Part shown: positions 24,377-36,929 of the stretch, piece by piece
Numbering within the stretch: position 1 is the stretch's first letter
Layout of the letters: every line of letters begins with the position of its first letter
Assembly: GCA_038496445.1 (NCBI GenBank)
Contig: JALMLS010000612.1
Span: 620,001-684,000, forward strand
Length of the DNA stretch: 64,000 nucleotides
Source: Trichosphaerium sp. ATCC 40318
Lineage: Eukaryota; Protista; Tubulinea
Reading direction: 5' to 3'
The notes under the pieces: generated by a model
Told to the model about the DNA's origin: nothing
The model's input: the letters and a program-made list of their open reading frames with translations, nothing else
Databases searched by the model: none
Position numbers and translations under genes: made by a program

Positions 24377-27300
24377 ATGGAGCAGTTGGTACACCTGTTT
24401 ATGGACAGTTCGTTTTTGACAAGTCTGTAGGCGTTGTCTGTAAAATTAGAGGTCGTCAGAGCGCTTAGAGCTCGAAATAAATTACCAGAGTCAGTTCAAC
24501 AGTTTGCTGAAGATATTGATTTATGGTGGGAATCACAGGACGTACGCTGTTATATCTGGTGTGGTAGATATCCTCAATTATTAATAATTTTAGGCAAACA
24601 GGGACGACTTCACACTGGCGTTTGCTCTAGGAGATTTCCTAGCTATCGCTGAACGTAAAACAGGTGGTGATACAAGTGTTAAATCACATCGTCCTCCAAA
24701 CAAAATCCCTCAACCAAATCGCCGTCCAAGTCGAAAAGCTCCGTTGAATAAACTTGGTGGTAGCGTCAGGCAGTATACTGGTACGAGTTTACATTTCTCT
24801 GGCTGTTGTGCTGTTAGCTGCTGAACTTAATTTTTCTCAGTTGAAGTATCCTTCTACGACAAACGAACCAAAGATGAGTTTTGGAAGGAGTATGAAGCAG
24901 ATGCACAGTACATTACAAAGTGCTTACAACATGCTGCAATGGAGGTAGGTGTAAAAGAGTGACATCTTTTTTTGTCTAAAGTTTTGGCTGCATGTTGTTC
25001 GTGCAGTGGTATTTTTGTCGAACTATTTTAACGTTTGGGTTTAGCGTACAGAGGAGTATGGTGAAGGAGCTTTTTCTGACATTGCCATTGAGGAGCCTGT
25101 ACAAAAAGATAGAATGCCACTGTTAGATCCAACAAATTTTTATTATCAACTTTTACCTCCTGGTATTCAGATTGTTGTATCTGGTTACCGTAAGAAGCCA
25201 GCAGTACCAAGAGTTATCATAAATAAAGAATTGATTGGTAGTGGGGTTGACGATATCGAATATGATCCAAGAGCAATGCTGTCATTCTGGAGATTCTTGA
25301 GGTAAGCAAAAGGTTCAACCAATCAGCGAACTTTGCTTTACGGATATCCTCCGTTTTTATGTAATAGTTAATTTGAGCTGTACCCTTATTTTTGATGTGA
25401 GTATACTTCTTGTAAGTTACCATTCAAAATTATCACGTTGCTGAATCGGCATTTTCTCAAAGTTTATTTGCTCCATGGATCACTGAATTTTTTTCTTGAC
25501 TTACTTTTTCTGAAAAGGTACTACGGCAAGAATCCCCAGAAGCAAAATACCATTATCAATAGAAATGATTTGTTCGCTCTAATGAAAGAAACGTTTAAAG
25601 ACACTGTTGGCGCTGGAGCTTTAATGAAGCAGCTTAAAACATTCTTTAACAGATTTACCACTAATGACGCACGTGCGCCAAGAGGTATGACAAGCATTAG
25701 TACTAGAAAGTACAGTGCACTTATCAAGCTTTACAGGAATCTTATTTTGGGGTCCTCCTGGAACTGGTAAAACGTTTCTGGCTGAAAAAGTTCACAAGAT
25801 ACTTAAAGCTATTCCTATATGTGAGCCTATGGCTCCAGGAAGTTTTAATAGAGGATATGTCGGTGAAGGCGAGCAAATGATACGAGCAATATGTACCAGA
25901 GCAAGATCTATACCGTGGATGCTGAGTTTTGTAAGCGTTGATGAGATTGATAATTTGGCACCTGCAAGGTTTGTTTTACCTATTTTTTCTTTGAACGCTC
26001 CTTCTCCCAGCTTTCAGTTATTGGAAACTTGTAGTGCTTACTATATATTTCTAGACAATCAGCCAATTCTCAAAAAACTGATCTTTTGGGTGAGTTTTTA
26101 TCTTACTTTGAAGGAAACAAGCGTCACATGTCGGGAAATCTGTTTTTGATTGGATCAACAAACTTGTTGGAGAAAATGGATGACGCTTTTAAAAGTAGGT
26201 TTCCAAAGGTATTTATTGGTAATCCAGGTTTCGAAGGTACGCGTGTCAAATACCATAGACATGAAATGCTGATGGGTCAATATTTAATAGAGCGTAAATA
26301 CTACCTTGGTGAACATTGGGCGAAGAAAAAGCCAAGATGTCTTTGTTTCTCTAGAGACCTCATAGAAGAAGTATCAAAATGGACATTAAACTTTTCCAAC
26401 AGGACAATGAATGCTTTCCTTGATGAACTCGCAGCAGATATTATACTAGTTGGCGGATACAGACAAGTAACGTTTTTTCTTTTAAAACAATCTTGTATGT
26501 TGTTTGTCCACTTTGAACTTAATTAGTTTGTTGTAGGTGACAAAAACAGCAGCTCTTGAAGCTGCAAAGCGTGTTTGTAAATCTCAGGAAGTATCTTTAG
26601 GTGCTTATTATGTACCAGAGCTACTACAAGAGAACATCACGATAAACTTGAAAATGGATAAAAGCATTTTTTACGAGTTTGGCACTTATTCGAAAGCCAC
26701 AGGTGCAATATTGGTAGATCTTACAGCAGAACGTGGCGAGGCTATACAAGTACGTATCAACACATAACAAATGTTATTCACGCTATAATTTGGCGAGAAA
26801 AGTCTAATGTTCGAAACTTTAGATTGAGTTCCAAGATGGTGAGAACGTGACGAGTATTCAAGAAGCAGTGATTCAGTCCATGAGCGATAACAAGATACCA
26901 TATGAAGAGTTCCAAGCTTGCTGGGAAAGGGCATTCCCTGGTCTAAAAAATGAAGGTGCAGAGTATTGCGCCAAGGTATGTGAAATTAAGAAAGGAACAA
27001 CAAACTTAAGTTGGTTTTCGCTTATTGGTAGTTCTGAGCTTTATTTACTAATTTTCATGTAGCTGAAAGAATATCAGATGCTTCACCGTAACTATGGACA
27101 CTTCAGTGTTGTGCGTTTACGTCATATTTGAAATAATTATTAACGAACAACAAAGTCTGCGGACTTCCTATTTTTTTCTTGTTTTATTCTGAAGGTATTT
27201 TATTTACACTATACAAGGCTTATGCAGTTGCAGAAAATAAATATAATAGAGCAAAGGTTATTATAGAAGAACTGGAAAAAAGCATGGACTATGTCCTGTA

Positions 27301-28521
27301 CTCCAGTTTAAGTTTAACTATAGTACCCCGATTATGTGAATTTCTTGGAGAGTTAAATGAGTTTTGTGCGATTATTGAATCAGAAAAGGAGGCAATGAGA
27401 CGTAATTTAGAATCAGCAGTGAGAAAAAAATATACTAAAGAGAGGCATATTATAACAACAGATGTATATGGAGCACATAAAAAAACTGAGCTAACAATAC
27501 AACAAACTGTTCATTTGTTTTTGAATTTTGCTTTGAAAAACAATATGGATAGTGTTGTTCTTATTGATGATAAGTTCATGTCAAAGAGACATGCCTTTGC
27601 CCAAGACAATGCAAGACTCGCAATAACAGAAGCATTACGCGAAGCTCAAGAGTACGACGAATTTTCTTTTTTTCTTCTTCTTTTTTTACGCACGTGATTC
27701 TGTTTACCATGTGTTTTTTTTCTCAAAAGCTTGCTGTTAAGTTATGTTAGGTACCAGAAAAGTATGGTTATAATTGATATAAGCAAGCTATGTCCTTCTT
27801 ATCGCCAGTACTCTAATCTAAAGGGTGATCAGTCAGTAAGCAGGTACGATCGTTGATTTGCTTTGTTTTGGTTTTGTCAGCTAATTGTCTTTAGGTTTTT
27901 TGCTATTGACGCTCAGTCTGGTTCTATGGGACCTTCTTATACCATGCAATTAAGAAATGAAGATCTCTTTCATGATATTATTAACCTTGTTGATTCAATT
28001 GTGAGACGTAACGCATCTAAAAACACTTGTTGGATCGTTGTTCTCAGCCAGGATGTTCACTTGACAATGTTGTTTAAGGAAATGCTTGACTGGAAAAACA
28101 CAGTATCCGAAAAAAGATTAAAAAGACGCAGGGAGCAAATGAAAAAGCAGAAAAAGTACGACAACAAGGACGCCCGAAATATGGAAGATCATTACTATTT
28201 TTTCGTTTTGCCCAAGCTCATTTAATGTTAACGACTCTACTAGGTGTAGGAAATGTGGGCGGTACTTTACTGATGCAGAGAATAAGAATGGTACGTTTGT
28301 ATTACACAGTCGTAACTTACCTTCTATACTTTTTAGGTCAGTGTCTTGTCCATACAAAAGGTATCTACTTTGATAAAGAGGAGCCTTATAAGATGTACAC
28401 GTTAAAAGAAGCAAAAGCTCTAATAGAGCGTGAACCAAGAAGAGAGGAGAAAGCTCGCTGGATTTGCTGCGGTCAAAGCATTCATAGTACAGGTCATGCT
28501 CAAACGTACCATGAAGAATAA
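24377..28521 (+). CDS. Divergent AAA+ ATPase (one intact module, degenerate NSF-D2-like module, C-terminal Cys/His cluster)
   Basis: GILFWGPPGTGKT (Walker A), VSVDEID (Walker B), LIGSTN (sensor 1), MDDAFKSRF (Arg finger); later ALREAQEY|QKSMVIIDI; ends CRKCGRYF...N|GQCLVH...RWICCGQ...H. Confidence 0.8.
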
Positions 28522-28622
28522 GTCAATGTTCAAAAAATAATTGTCGATGTACTACTAGTAAATTACATTGTAGTCATTGCCATGCAAGTTTGTATTTAAG
28601 GGTTTTAATGGTGTAATAGGAT

Positions 28623-29786
28623 CTATGAGAGCCCCAGATTAAACCAAAAACAAGTTATAGTACATTCTTCCACAAAACCAATCTTTTTATAAACGCTCAT
28701 TCTGTAAAAAATCAGTTTGTAAACACTAACTAGTTGATTGTACCCATCTTTTGAAGCATGTAACACAACAAGATTTAGTGTAGGTGCTTGAGTCTTAGCA
28801 TGTTGTATAGCATGTCGTACCATCGAAGAAGCTATCCCTCTATTTTTGGGTTATTTTTATCGCTTCAAATATTTTTCAACAATCGTACTTTCTTCGGTAT
28901 TCTGGAAGTGTAGTTACTTCATATATAGCCATCGTTTGTTCATCTAGGATGATAGTGCTCACTAAATAAGTTACAAGAACTCAAAAGAAACATAAAACGC
29001 ACGTGTTGCTGCAGGTTTTCCCTATATACAGATAATTAGTATTTTTCTTTTCACAAGCAAAGTGTGCCTTATAGTTTGCAATGAACCGAAAGTATGGCGC
29101 TTTTGTTTTGCAGTCTATGTATTCGTGTAATTTCTTTAGCTTTTCCACATTACCAGGAACTATTTGTAGAACTTTAAATACAGATGACATGCACTCAACA
29201 AATGTCTAAATGTCATTAATATCTTGTCAAAAGGATTCATTGAAAGGCGGACATGTAATTCTTTAATAGACGTAGCAAGTGATACTGTTACATCTTTAGG
29301 CATGTCAAAGGGTTGCAAGACTTTATCTAACACCACTACTTAGCAACTAGTATGATTGGTATTCATTAAAACCCACCAAAAGCTTGTCCTTTGAGCACCA
29401 TGCCTTCGTCTGTATTCTCGTACCTACAAGGCTATAGCATCAAGTGATAAAAGACAAAGACACTTACTCAGGTGATGCTGCTTCGCGTATCTGCTGAGAT
29501 AGGTTGGAAGGAAGAGAGTGTGGGTACACATTGAATAGCCAAGGATCTAAAAAATAAAATCAGTTGGAACGTGTCACAGTTTGACACCCAAGTTGGTTAA
29601 GCGCGTACAGTCAACGGACGCATTTATTTTGCTAACAGCATTGATTAAAGCTGTTTTATTAAGTATAGTGCTATTTGGCCATAGTATTTGTACTGGAGGC
29701 CCTGCACATATCCCAGGGTTGCAAAATTTGAATCTAACCATGTTAAATGACAATTTACTTAAATTGCTGACTGTACTTTGTACCAT
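28623..29786 (-). CDS. GNAT-family N-acetyltransferase
   Basis: AIYEVTTLPEYRR|..GIASSMVRHAIQHAK..VVLHASKDG|MSVYKKIGF (motifs A and B). Confidence 0.8.
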
Positions 29787-30361
29787 CGTCCGTTTCTAAG
29801 TCTAGTACGCGTGGAGAACGGATTAACGGCGATGAAGGCTGTGTTCTGTACTAGATCAGTAGGTGTGGTGTTATTTCTACCTGTACGTTGAGTATTGAAG
29901 CGCAATTGCCTTAAATGCTCGCTCGTATACTTCAAAGTCTACGCTCATCACCACCACTAGAAAAACCAAATAAGCTGAAAATTGACTTTTTTTTTCAATT
30001 TAGTTTTAAACCCACTATAGCAGTTGTGAAAAGACTTACGTACGTTGAATCTTAGTAACCATAGCAGTATTCTTTAAAGACCAAAGCTACTGTTGAAAGG
30101 ATAGAGAAAAAAACAAGATCGCATGATTGAGATTGTACGTTGCTCACAAGTGTCACTACTCAATGGTAAGGCGATTGTTGTTCGAGAAAGCTATTAAAAA
30201 CAGCCAAATACTGGAAGTAAAGGAGATAGGATTCAAAGGCGATCAATAATTTATTTACACGTGCCAAAGATTGTGTACAACAATATTTACATTAAAAAAA
30301 ATAAGCGTGTCATTCTCGTGACGTTTGCGCGTTTTCTTCTTTTTTCTTTTTTTTTTTTTTC

Positions 30362-31321
30362 TTACTGTACCAAGAATAGTCTCTTACTATTACCAACGGG
30401 CGTATTATGCAAGAATATTGTTCCTTCTGTGTCACGCAAGAACATTGGTTTCGAGTAATCAACAGAGAACAATCTACAGTCAGATATCTGTCGCAGAATG
30501 TCACCACCGACGCAGCCAGGGAATATCCTAAAATACTTCGGTTGTTGGTCTTGACAAAGTACTTCTAGTCTGTGATCACCACCGGCGCAAAGTCGAGGAG
30601 ATGTGAGGGATTTGACGATGAGCTCCGATTTTATCGTTGGGATACTGCAGCGTTGTTTTTTACTCCGTGTGGTACACGTCGATTCCTCCCTTTTGCGCTT
30701 TAGGAGTCGAAGTCTTTGTTTAGGTTTGGAGTGCTTCAGGAGCATTAGTATTTCTGCACTTCCCTTGGTATCGTCGTATTCTTCATCGGCATCTGTATCA
30801 TCCATGGATGTTGTGTCGCTCCCACTGTTGGAGTTCTCTTCCCGTTCAACGAATAAAACTAAAGGAACTTTGGAAGTTTTCATTGGTCTCATGCGTAGGA
30901 AACATCCTTTAAACTGTGTCCCCACTTGTCCTTGTCCAGCGCCCTTTGCCAAAGCAGGTCGAAGAGTAAGAGAGCCGTCTTTGAAGCGACGGGCAAGGTC
31001 TTTGGCTTTTGTCACTGACATGTGTAACACGATTTGTTTGCAGCTTGTCTCCAAGAGAACGTTGTTCGACGGTCCTTCGGTAACAGCGTTGAACTGCGCA
31101 GCTAAGACGCACAGGTTTGTGTCTTTTAGTTCCGAAAGTATTTGTAAGAGCTCTGTTCTATGTAGTTGGCGTCGTTGCTTCCTTGTGAGTGCTGTGCCAT
31201 AAGTTCGGCGTTTCGTTGGTTTGACGGGACAAACCTTTAAGTGCGGAGCAGATGGATATATTTCAATTTCGACACCGTTCTTTATAACTGGATAGGTTGG
31301 TGTACTTCGGTATGTATTCAT
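30362..31321 (-). CDS. Intronless hypothetical protein, 319 aa, probably nuclear
   Basis: Long ATG-initiated ORF with basic NLS-like stretches (KRRT, LLKRKRE, RSKKQR) and an acidic D/S tract. No family recognised. Confidence 0.65.
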   Translation of the reverse strand: MNTYRSTPTYPVIKNGVEIEIYPSAPHLKVCPVKPTKRRTYGTALTRKQRRQLHRTELLQILSELKDTNLCVLAAQFNAVTEGPSNNVLLETSCKQIVLHMSVTKAKDLARRFKDGSLTLRPALAKGAGQGQVGTQFKGCFLRMRPMKTSKVPLVLFVEREENSNSGSDTTSMDDTDADEEYDDTKGSAEILMLLKHSKPKQRLRLLKRKREESTCTTRSKKQRCSIPTIKSELIVKSLTSPRLCAGGDHRLEVLCQDQQPKYFRIFPGCVGGDILRQISDCRLFSVDYSKPMFLRDTEGTIFLHNTPVGNSKRLFLVQ

Positions 31322-31464
31322 TTGAGTCTTTAGTTGATGTGATGATGATTTCTTTTATTATACAATGGAAAAATTATTTGAATTACCGTGACTTAGTTTT
31401 AAGAATAGTAATCCCCAGTTCCCCCGAGAAGTCTTGTGGGAATGTTTATGGCGGTTACACATGA

Positions 31465-32000
31465 ATTTCCGCCACGTGGTTTTGTCACGTGGGTTTTTTT
31501 TTTCTGGGGTAAAACAAAAACGCCGCATGCGAAGCACTTGTAGTACTTCGCAGAAGCATTGGTAAAAGTGTCGCTACCACTATGTACCTCACTTCTCTTT
31601 TTTTTTTTGACAAATAAAACCTGTCACGCTTTGTGATGTTATTCTCTACGTTATATTTTTGGTTTGGTACTCATAGTACGGCAAGTGCAGAAAATGGGTA
31701 AAAACAAAGGAAGGCGGAAGAATTCGTTTTTCTCACAGAATATTTTCATAAAAAACAAGTTTATGTTTTCATGTGAAGTTAGTATCGGCATCAAAGGGAG
31801 ATTTTCCTTTTTTCTCCGACTACAGAACTTCACCATTATTGTGAGTTTTGAAAAGAGAAAAACTATATGGAGTTCGCTCAAAAGTTATCCCGCAATAAAC
31901 GGACCATGCTTTAGGGAGAATTCTTGTTTGTGCATCTCGTTTAGAGCCTAGCACGTGATTTCTCGTGACATAATCCCTTCTTTTTTGGTCACGTGATGGT
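31465..32000. promoter_or_regulatory. Cluster of CACGTG E-boxes upstream of the 30362-31321 ORF
   Basis: CACGTG at about 31473, 31486, 31952 and 31990, plus a CTCGTG variant, among poly(dA:dT) tracts. Confidence 0.45.
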
Positions 32001-32331
32001 TTTCATTTAGAAATACAATACAAAGAACTCGCATGAACACATGAGATACAATACATGAGTGTTGTAAAAGGATAACGTTAACAAAAAAAATCTGAAGCAT
32101 TGCATAGCCAGGTGATATTTTTTATTTGTTTTTATGACGCGAGATTTTTTTGGAGTAAGTGGCGGGAATGTACAAGCTCTTTCGCATTTTTATGCTATTG
32201 ACATTCTTGCCCAATTTCCCCGACACTTACGGCCGCTAGTATCGTAATAACGGCGATAAAAGCGCTGTGTAGAAGAGTTTTAAGCGCGAATAGCCATAGA
32301 GCTTTTTATTGCCAAAAGCACACGTGCTTTT

Positions 32332-34475
32332 TTAAACTGGTATGTTTGCTTTAATCTTGTGTGCATCTACTCCAGCCTGTATAGCCTTTTTTCTCGCGTC
32401 TTGGGTTTGGAGGGATATAAACTTCCATAAAAGGTTGGACTCATTTGAGGTGTAGATTTTTTTAATGGTAACAGACGCCTATGAAAACGGTTAAACGAAG
32501 TATTATGACACTATTTTTTTTTCAAACTTTACACAAAGATTCGCGTGCCTTTAGTGTCCTAAAGTTCCTATAAACCTTTTCTTTAGATCTCTTTCCAGGT
32601 GGTGCCAGTATCAAAATCTAGGAGCCTGTGTTAAAAAATATTTAATTGTTATGTGAGCATCATACTTGTCTACCGTTCAAGGTCAGAATGTCGTCTGGAG
32701 TAGCCTAAACTTTATTCAACAGCGTAACAATCAACCTCATGAAACATTACCTCACCGCTGATGTAGTGAAAATCACTATTGTCTATGCTGTCATTTATCT
32801 ACTCAAAGTCAGGTGTATGCATAAATACCGTGAGAGTACCAAACCAGTCCAGTTAACCATGGCCCAAGGACAAATCCAATTATCTTCAACACGTCGAGGA
32901 CCTGATCCGTCCCAAACACTCTTGAATCGCTTGCTGACTTTGTCTCCGTCTCCTTCAATTATATCGCCTTTGAAGTACAAGTCAACCGCTGAGTATTGGT
33001 ATAACCGAAGCTACAACGTACCATTAATAAAGTGACAGGTAAGTAGTCCCAAAAATTGAAGATTATCACTGCAACCACATAGTGAAACATCCCAAATGTT
33101 TTTTGATGCATAGTGGACCACAGTGATGAGCGCATTGTCCTTAATTTGAATACTATGAAATGTGAGTAAAACAATGCAAAAAAAGAAAAGTGTTTTGGAC
33201 AGCCGGTCCTTGGTTTTGAAGTTGTACAGTTTGTTGAGTAATACTGATTTTTCTCTGTTTCTTCTCACTAAATTTCTCAATTTTGTGTCTTGTTGGACCT
33301 GACACGTCTCATTAGAAGGTTGTGATGTTTCTAATTAAAATAACACTTTTTTTTGGGTACCTTTTTCTGAGCGTACACGCTGCCAGAAATAAACACAATA
33401 GCTGGTGGGGTAAACATCTCGAACATTGTAACTTGTAGGTTCTAAAACAATATTAGTTAGTATTTATGAATAAAATTGTTGAGGTTGTTGTCACCTTTGC
33501 GTCTTCATTGGATGTATCAAATGCATACAGTAAAGGTAATATTGTATTGAGTATTCGTATCATCAGATCAGCGCCAGAATCTGCGTCACCACCCTTTTTT
33601 TACGAATTTAATGAGATTCATCAACAGCATCAAGTATTATTTCAAGTTTGATGTCTTACCGCCTCAATACATGCGCCAGCAACGTTGCACAGCTTTATTG
33701 ATACTGTAAAGTACTCATGTTGTATTGTTGGACAGCATGACATTAGGAATCCAGCCATATCGAGGACTTGCCGACTCATATAAGACAATAACTCTAACAA
33801 CATTTAATTGTTTCTTCTCATTTAATCGGCAATAGAATATAGTCAGCACCTGGTGGATTGGGTTTACCAGGCATGAAGTCTTGAACAGACATGATAAAGG
33901 GCTTCAAATTCTAATTTAAAATAAGAAACCCACAACTTCGCCAATTTAGGTGTACTTGGGGGTCAACGACTGTCGCTAGCATATGAATAGCAACATCTAT
34001 TCTCTTGTCTTCAGGCTTATTAGGATGCCTCTTAATTACTGCTTTCAGCATCTCAGTTGTATGTACAAGCTTCTCCCTTCATAACAGAGTTAAGAAGCTT
34101 TAAATGAGTGTTCAGCACCATTGTTTTTCTTTGTCTCTATCAAAACGTCAGTATTAAAAAACAATCAAGCGCGTTTTACTCTGGCGTAGCTGCACTCCAT
34201 TTGTATGTAGTTTCATACTCAATGAAACCGCCGGCAATCAAACAGCTTGTAGCTATTTCAAATCTTCTTATCCGCTACCAACGGGTTATATGTATAAGAT
34301 ACGAGTAGAGCTGGCGCACGTTACGAAATGAAGCGTTTGATTTATGTAGAATTCGGTACTTCACGTCTGAGGGATTCAGGGCGTTATTGAGCACTTTCAA
34401 TACTGTATTTAAGGCTATTAGTAATTCAGGGTTTTGGCTCACTGCTTCGTCGCAATTATCGCACAGGCTGTTCAT
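32332..34475 (-). CDS. PUB-domain protein with uncharacterised C-terminal domain, paralog A
   Basis: ALNTVLKVLNNALNPSDVKYRILHKSNASF...CLIAGGFIE (PUB-like); ACIEA|GGDADSG; WDVSLCGCSDNLQ; GE|ATPDDILTLNGRQ|ILILAPP. Last exon joined through a GC-AG intron. Confidence 0.7.
32479..32548 (-). other. GC-AG intron (paralog A)
   Basis: AAG|GCACGC...CATAG|GCG joins ...RTLK to ASVTIKKIYTSN, which matches paralog B's last exon. Confidence 0.75.
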
Positions 34476-34796
34476 GGTGACTACCAGCAAATCTAAAACC
34501 TAAATGAATATATAAAAAAAAAGCAATCCAGCCCTGATTGATAATTACCTCATTTTGAACATTATTTTTATCATTTTATTGTTTAACTGCTTAAAACACG
34601 TGCAAGTCCAAGCATTTGCTTTTTTTTTACAAACTGTGATTTTTATCGGTTTAAGTCATAGTCAATCCAAGAAAGGTGGACACTGCCGATATATAAATAG
34701 GTCGCTTCTCCTGAGCCATTATACTATTGTACAAACGTTGCGTTAAGGTGTCATTATGCTACATCCGAAATTTTTGTCAACGGTTTTCGCAAGCTT

Positions 34797-36810
34797 TCAT
34801 GTTTCTCGACTGTCTTGAGCTTGTCTCGCGTTTTGGGTTTGAAGAGATATACTCTCCCAAAACCAGTTTGCCTGATTTGTGGTATATGTCTTTTTGATCG
34901 TAACAGAGGCCTGAGTAACAAGGTTATAAAGCAACGATTTTTTTATGGTGTTTTGTCATGCCTTCAGCGATTCAAAGGTTCTTCTAACTCTAATAGCGAC
35001 TCCTTGTACAGGTGGCATTAGTAGTACAATCTATACAACCGTTACATATATGATTGAACAGTTACACCGTACTTGTCTACCGTTTAACGATGAAATATCG
35101 TCGGGACTGTCCTAAACTATATTTAACTATGTACTTCAAATAAGCTTTACCTCTCGCTTAATGCGGTGGGCACAATCTACTTTATCATTCAGCTATAAAA
35201 AAATGTCACTTAGAATGCTTTAGGGCGTGAGAGTACCAAACCAGTCCAGTTAACCATGTCCCAAGGACAAATCCAATAATCTACAATACTTGGAGGACCT
35301 GATCCATCCCAAACACTCTTGAATCGCTTGCTGACTTTGTCTTCATCTTCACCAATTATACCCCCTTTGAAATACGCAGTCAAATCCCTTAGAATTGGTA
35401 TATAAAATAAAAGCGACAACATACCAGTAATAAAGTGATACGCAAGTAATCCCAACAGTTGAAAATTGTCACTGCAACCACATAGTGAAACATCCCAAAC
35501 TTTTTTTGACGCACAGTGGACCACAGTGATGATTCTACTGCCACAACTTTGTATACTATACCAAGGAAAATGTAAGGAAATCATTTGCAATACACCTTGA
35601 ATTTTTGGACAAGGTGTCGTACAGTTTGTTGAGTAATACTGATTTTTTTCTGTTTCTTCTCACTAAATTTCTCAATTTTGTATCTTGTTGGACCTGACAC
35701 GTATTTTTAGATACTATGTTTGTTTATTACTAAATCAGTACCTTCTCTTGAGCGTACGCGCTATTAGTAATAAACGCTACAGCTGCTTGAGTGAACTTTT
35801 CAACCAACTCATGTTGAAGTATCTAGGAGCGCCTTTTAATTGCTGTTTGTAATGTACTCATACCCTTGAGTCCTTATTAGATGTATCAAATGCGTACAAC
35901 AAAGGTAACAGTATGTTGAGTATTCGTATCATCAGATCAGCGCCAGAGTCAGCATCGCCACCCTTTTTTGAGAATTTAATGAGATTCATCTACAATGTGT
36001 ATAATTTTTAGTCTTTCATGTCTTACCGATTCAATACACGCTCCTGCAAAAGCGCACAATATTGCTGATACCCTAAAGTAATCATAGTGTATTAAAGCGT
36101 TTGACAGTAGGAATCCAGCCATATCAAGCACTTGCCGACTCAAATAAGAGTAATACAATGGTTCTGCACAACATTAAATTTACGAACTTTAGAAAATCGA
36201 ACCTTTCTTGTTTAGCAACGGTTGATATGAACGTATAAACGGCCTCAAATTCTAAAGTTAAGTAAGAAAAAAAATAAATAACCAACTGCGCACCTCAGGT
36301 TCAACAACTGTCGCTAACGCATGAATTGCAATGTCTATTTCAGGATCTTCTGGCTTATTAGGATGCCTCTTGATCGCTGCTTTCAGCATCTCAGTTGTAT
36401 GTGCAAGCTTCTCCCTTCATAACAGAGTTTAAGAAGCTTTGAATGAGTGGTCCAAGTACCATTGTTCTTTTGCTCTATTGTTTCGTTAGTGTTAAACACA
36501 AACGTGGTGTACCTTGGCGTGGCACCCCAATTGAGGCATTTGTATGGAGTTTCGTATTCGATAAAACCAGCAGAAGTCAAACAGCTTATAGCACACGGAA
36601 ACATGCTTATATGCTTGTGACGGTTATAAAATGGCAGAATAGACGCGTAGGTTGGCTTACGTTGCGAAATGTTGTAGAAGATTTATTTACCGTGACCTCT
36701 GTCCGCTCATTTATTGTTTTGGTCAGTATTGCCTCCACCAATTTCAATGCGCCTAGTAGTTCAGGGGTTTTCCGCGCTTCTTCATCGAAATTATCACATA
36801 GGCTGTTCAT
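34797..36810 (-). CDS. PUB-domain protein with uncharacterised C-terminal domain, paralog B
   Basis: Starts MNSLCDN like paralog A. Shares WDVSLCGCSDNFQLLGLL, WDGSGP, WICPW.MVNWTGLVLSR and matching exon boundaries. Confidence 0.7.
34911..34961 (-). other. GC-AG intron (paralog B)
   Basis: AAG|GCATGA...CTCAG|GCC joins ...FESLK to ASVTIKKTYTTN. Confidence 0.75.
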
Positions 36811-36929
36811 AGCTTTGTATCACAGAATATACATTCCAGAACAAGAACTCACGAGGTGGCCGTTAGTGTATTGCCATTGAATTGAATTGGTACGGTAAAC
36901 GAAATTCAAGCGTTAAAAACTGTTGATCA

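Noticed and set aside
24846-24853. GTATCCTT, a possible second U12 donor
   Set aside because: Lies inside an open exon (EVSFYDK) bounded by ordinary splice sites.
25302-25517. Long AAA-gene intron with two CTGA motifs, a possible C/D snoRNA
   Set aside because: C box is degenerate and I recognised no rRNA-complementary guide. It would need snoscan or Infernal.
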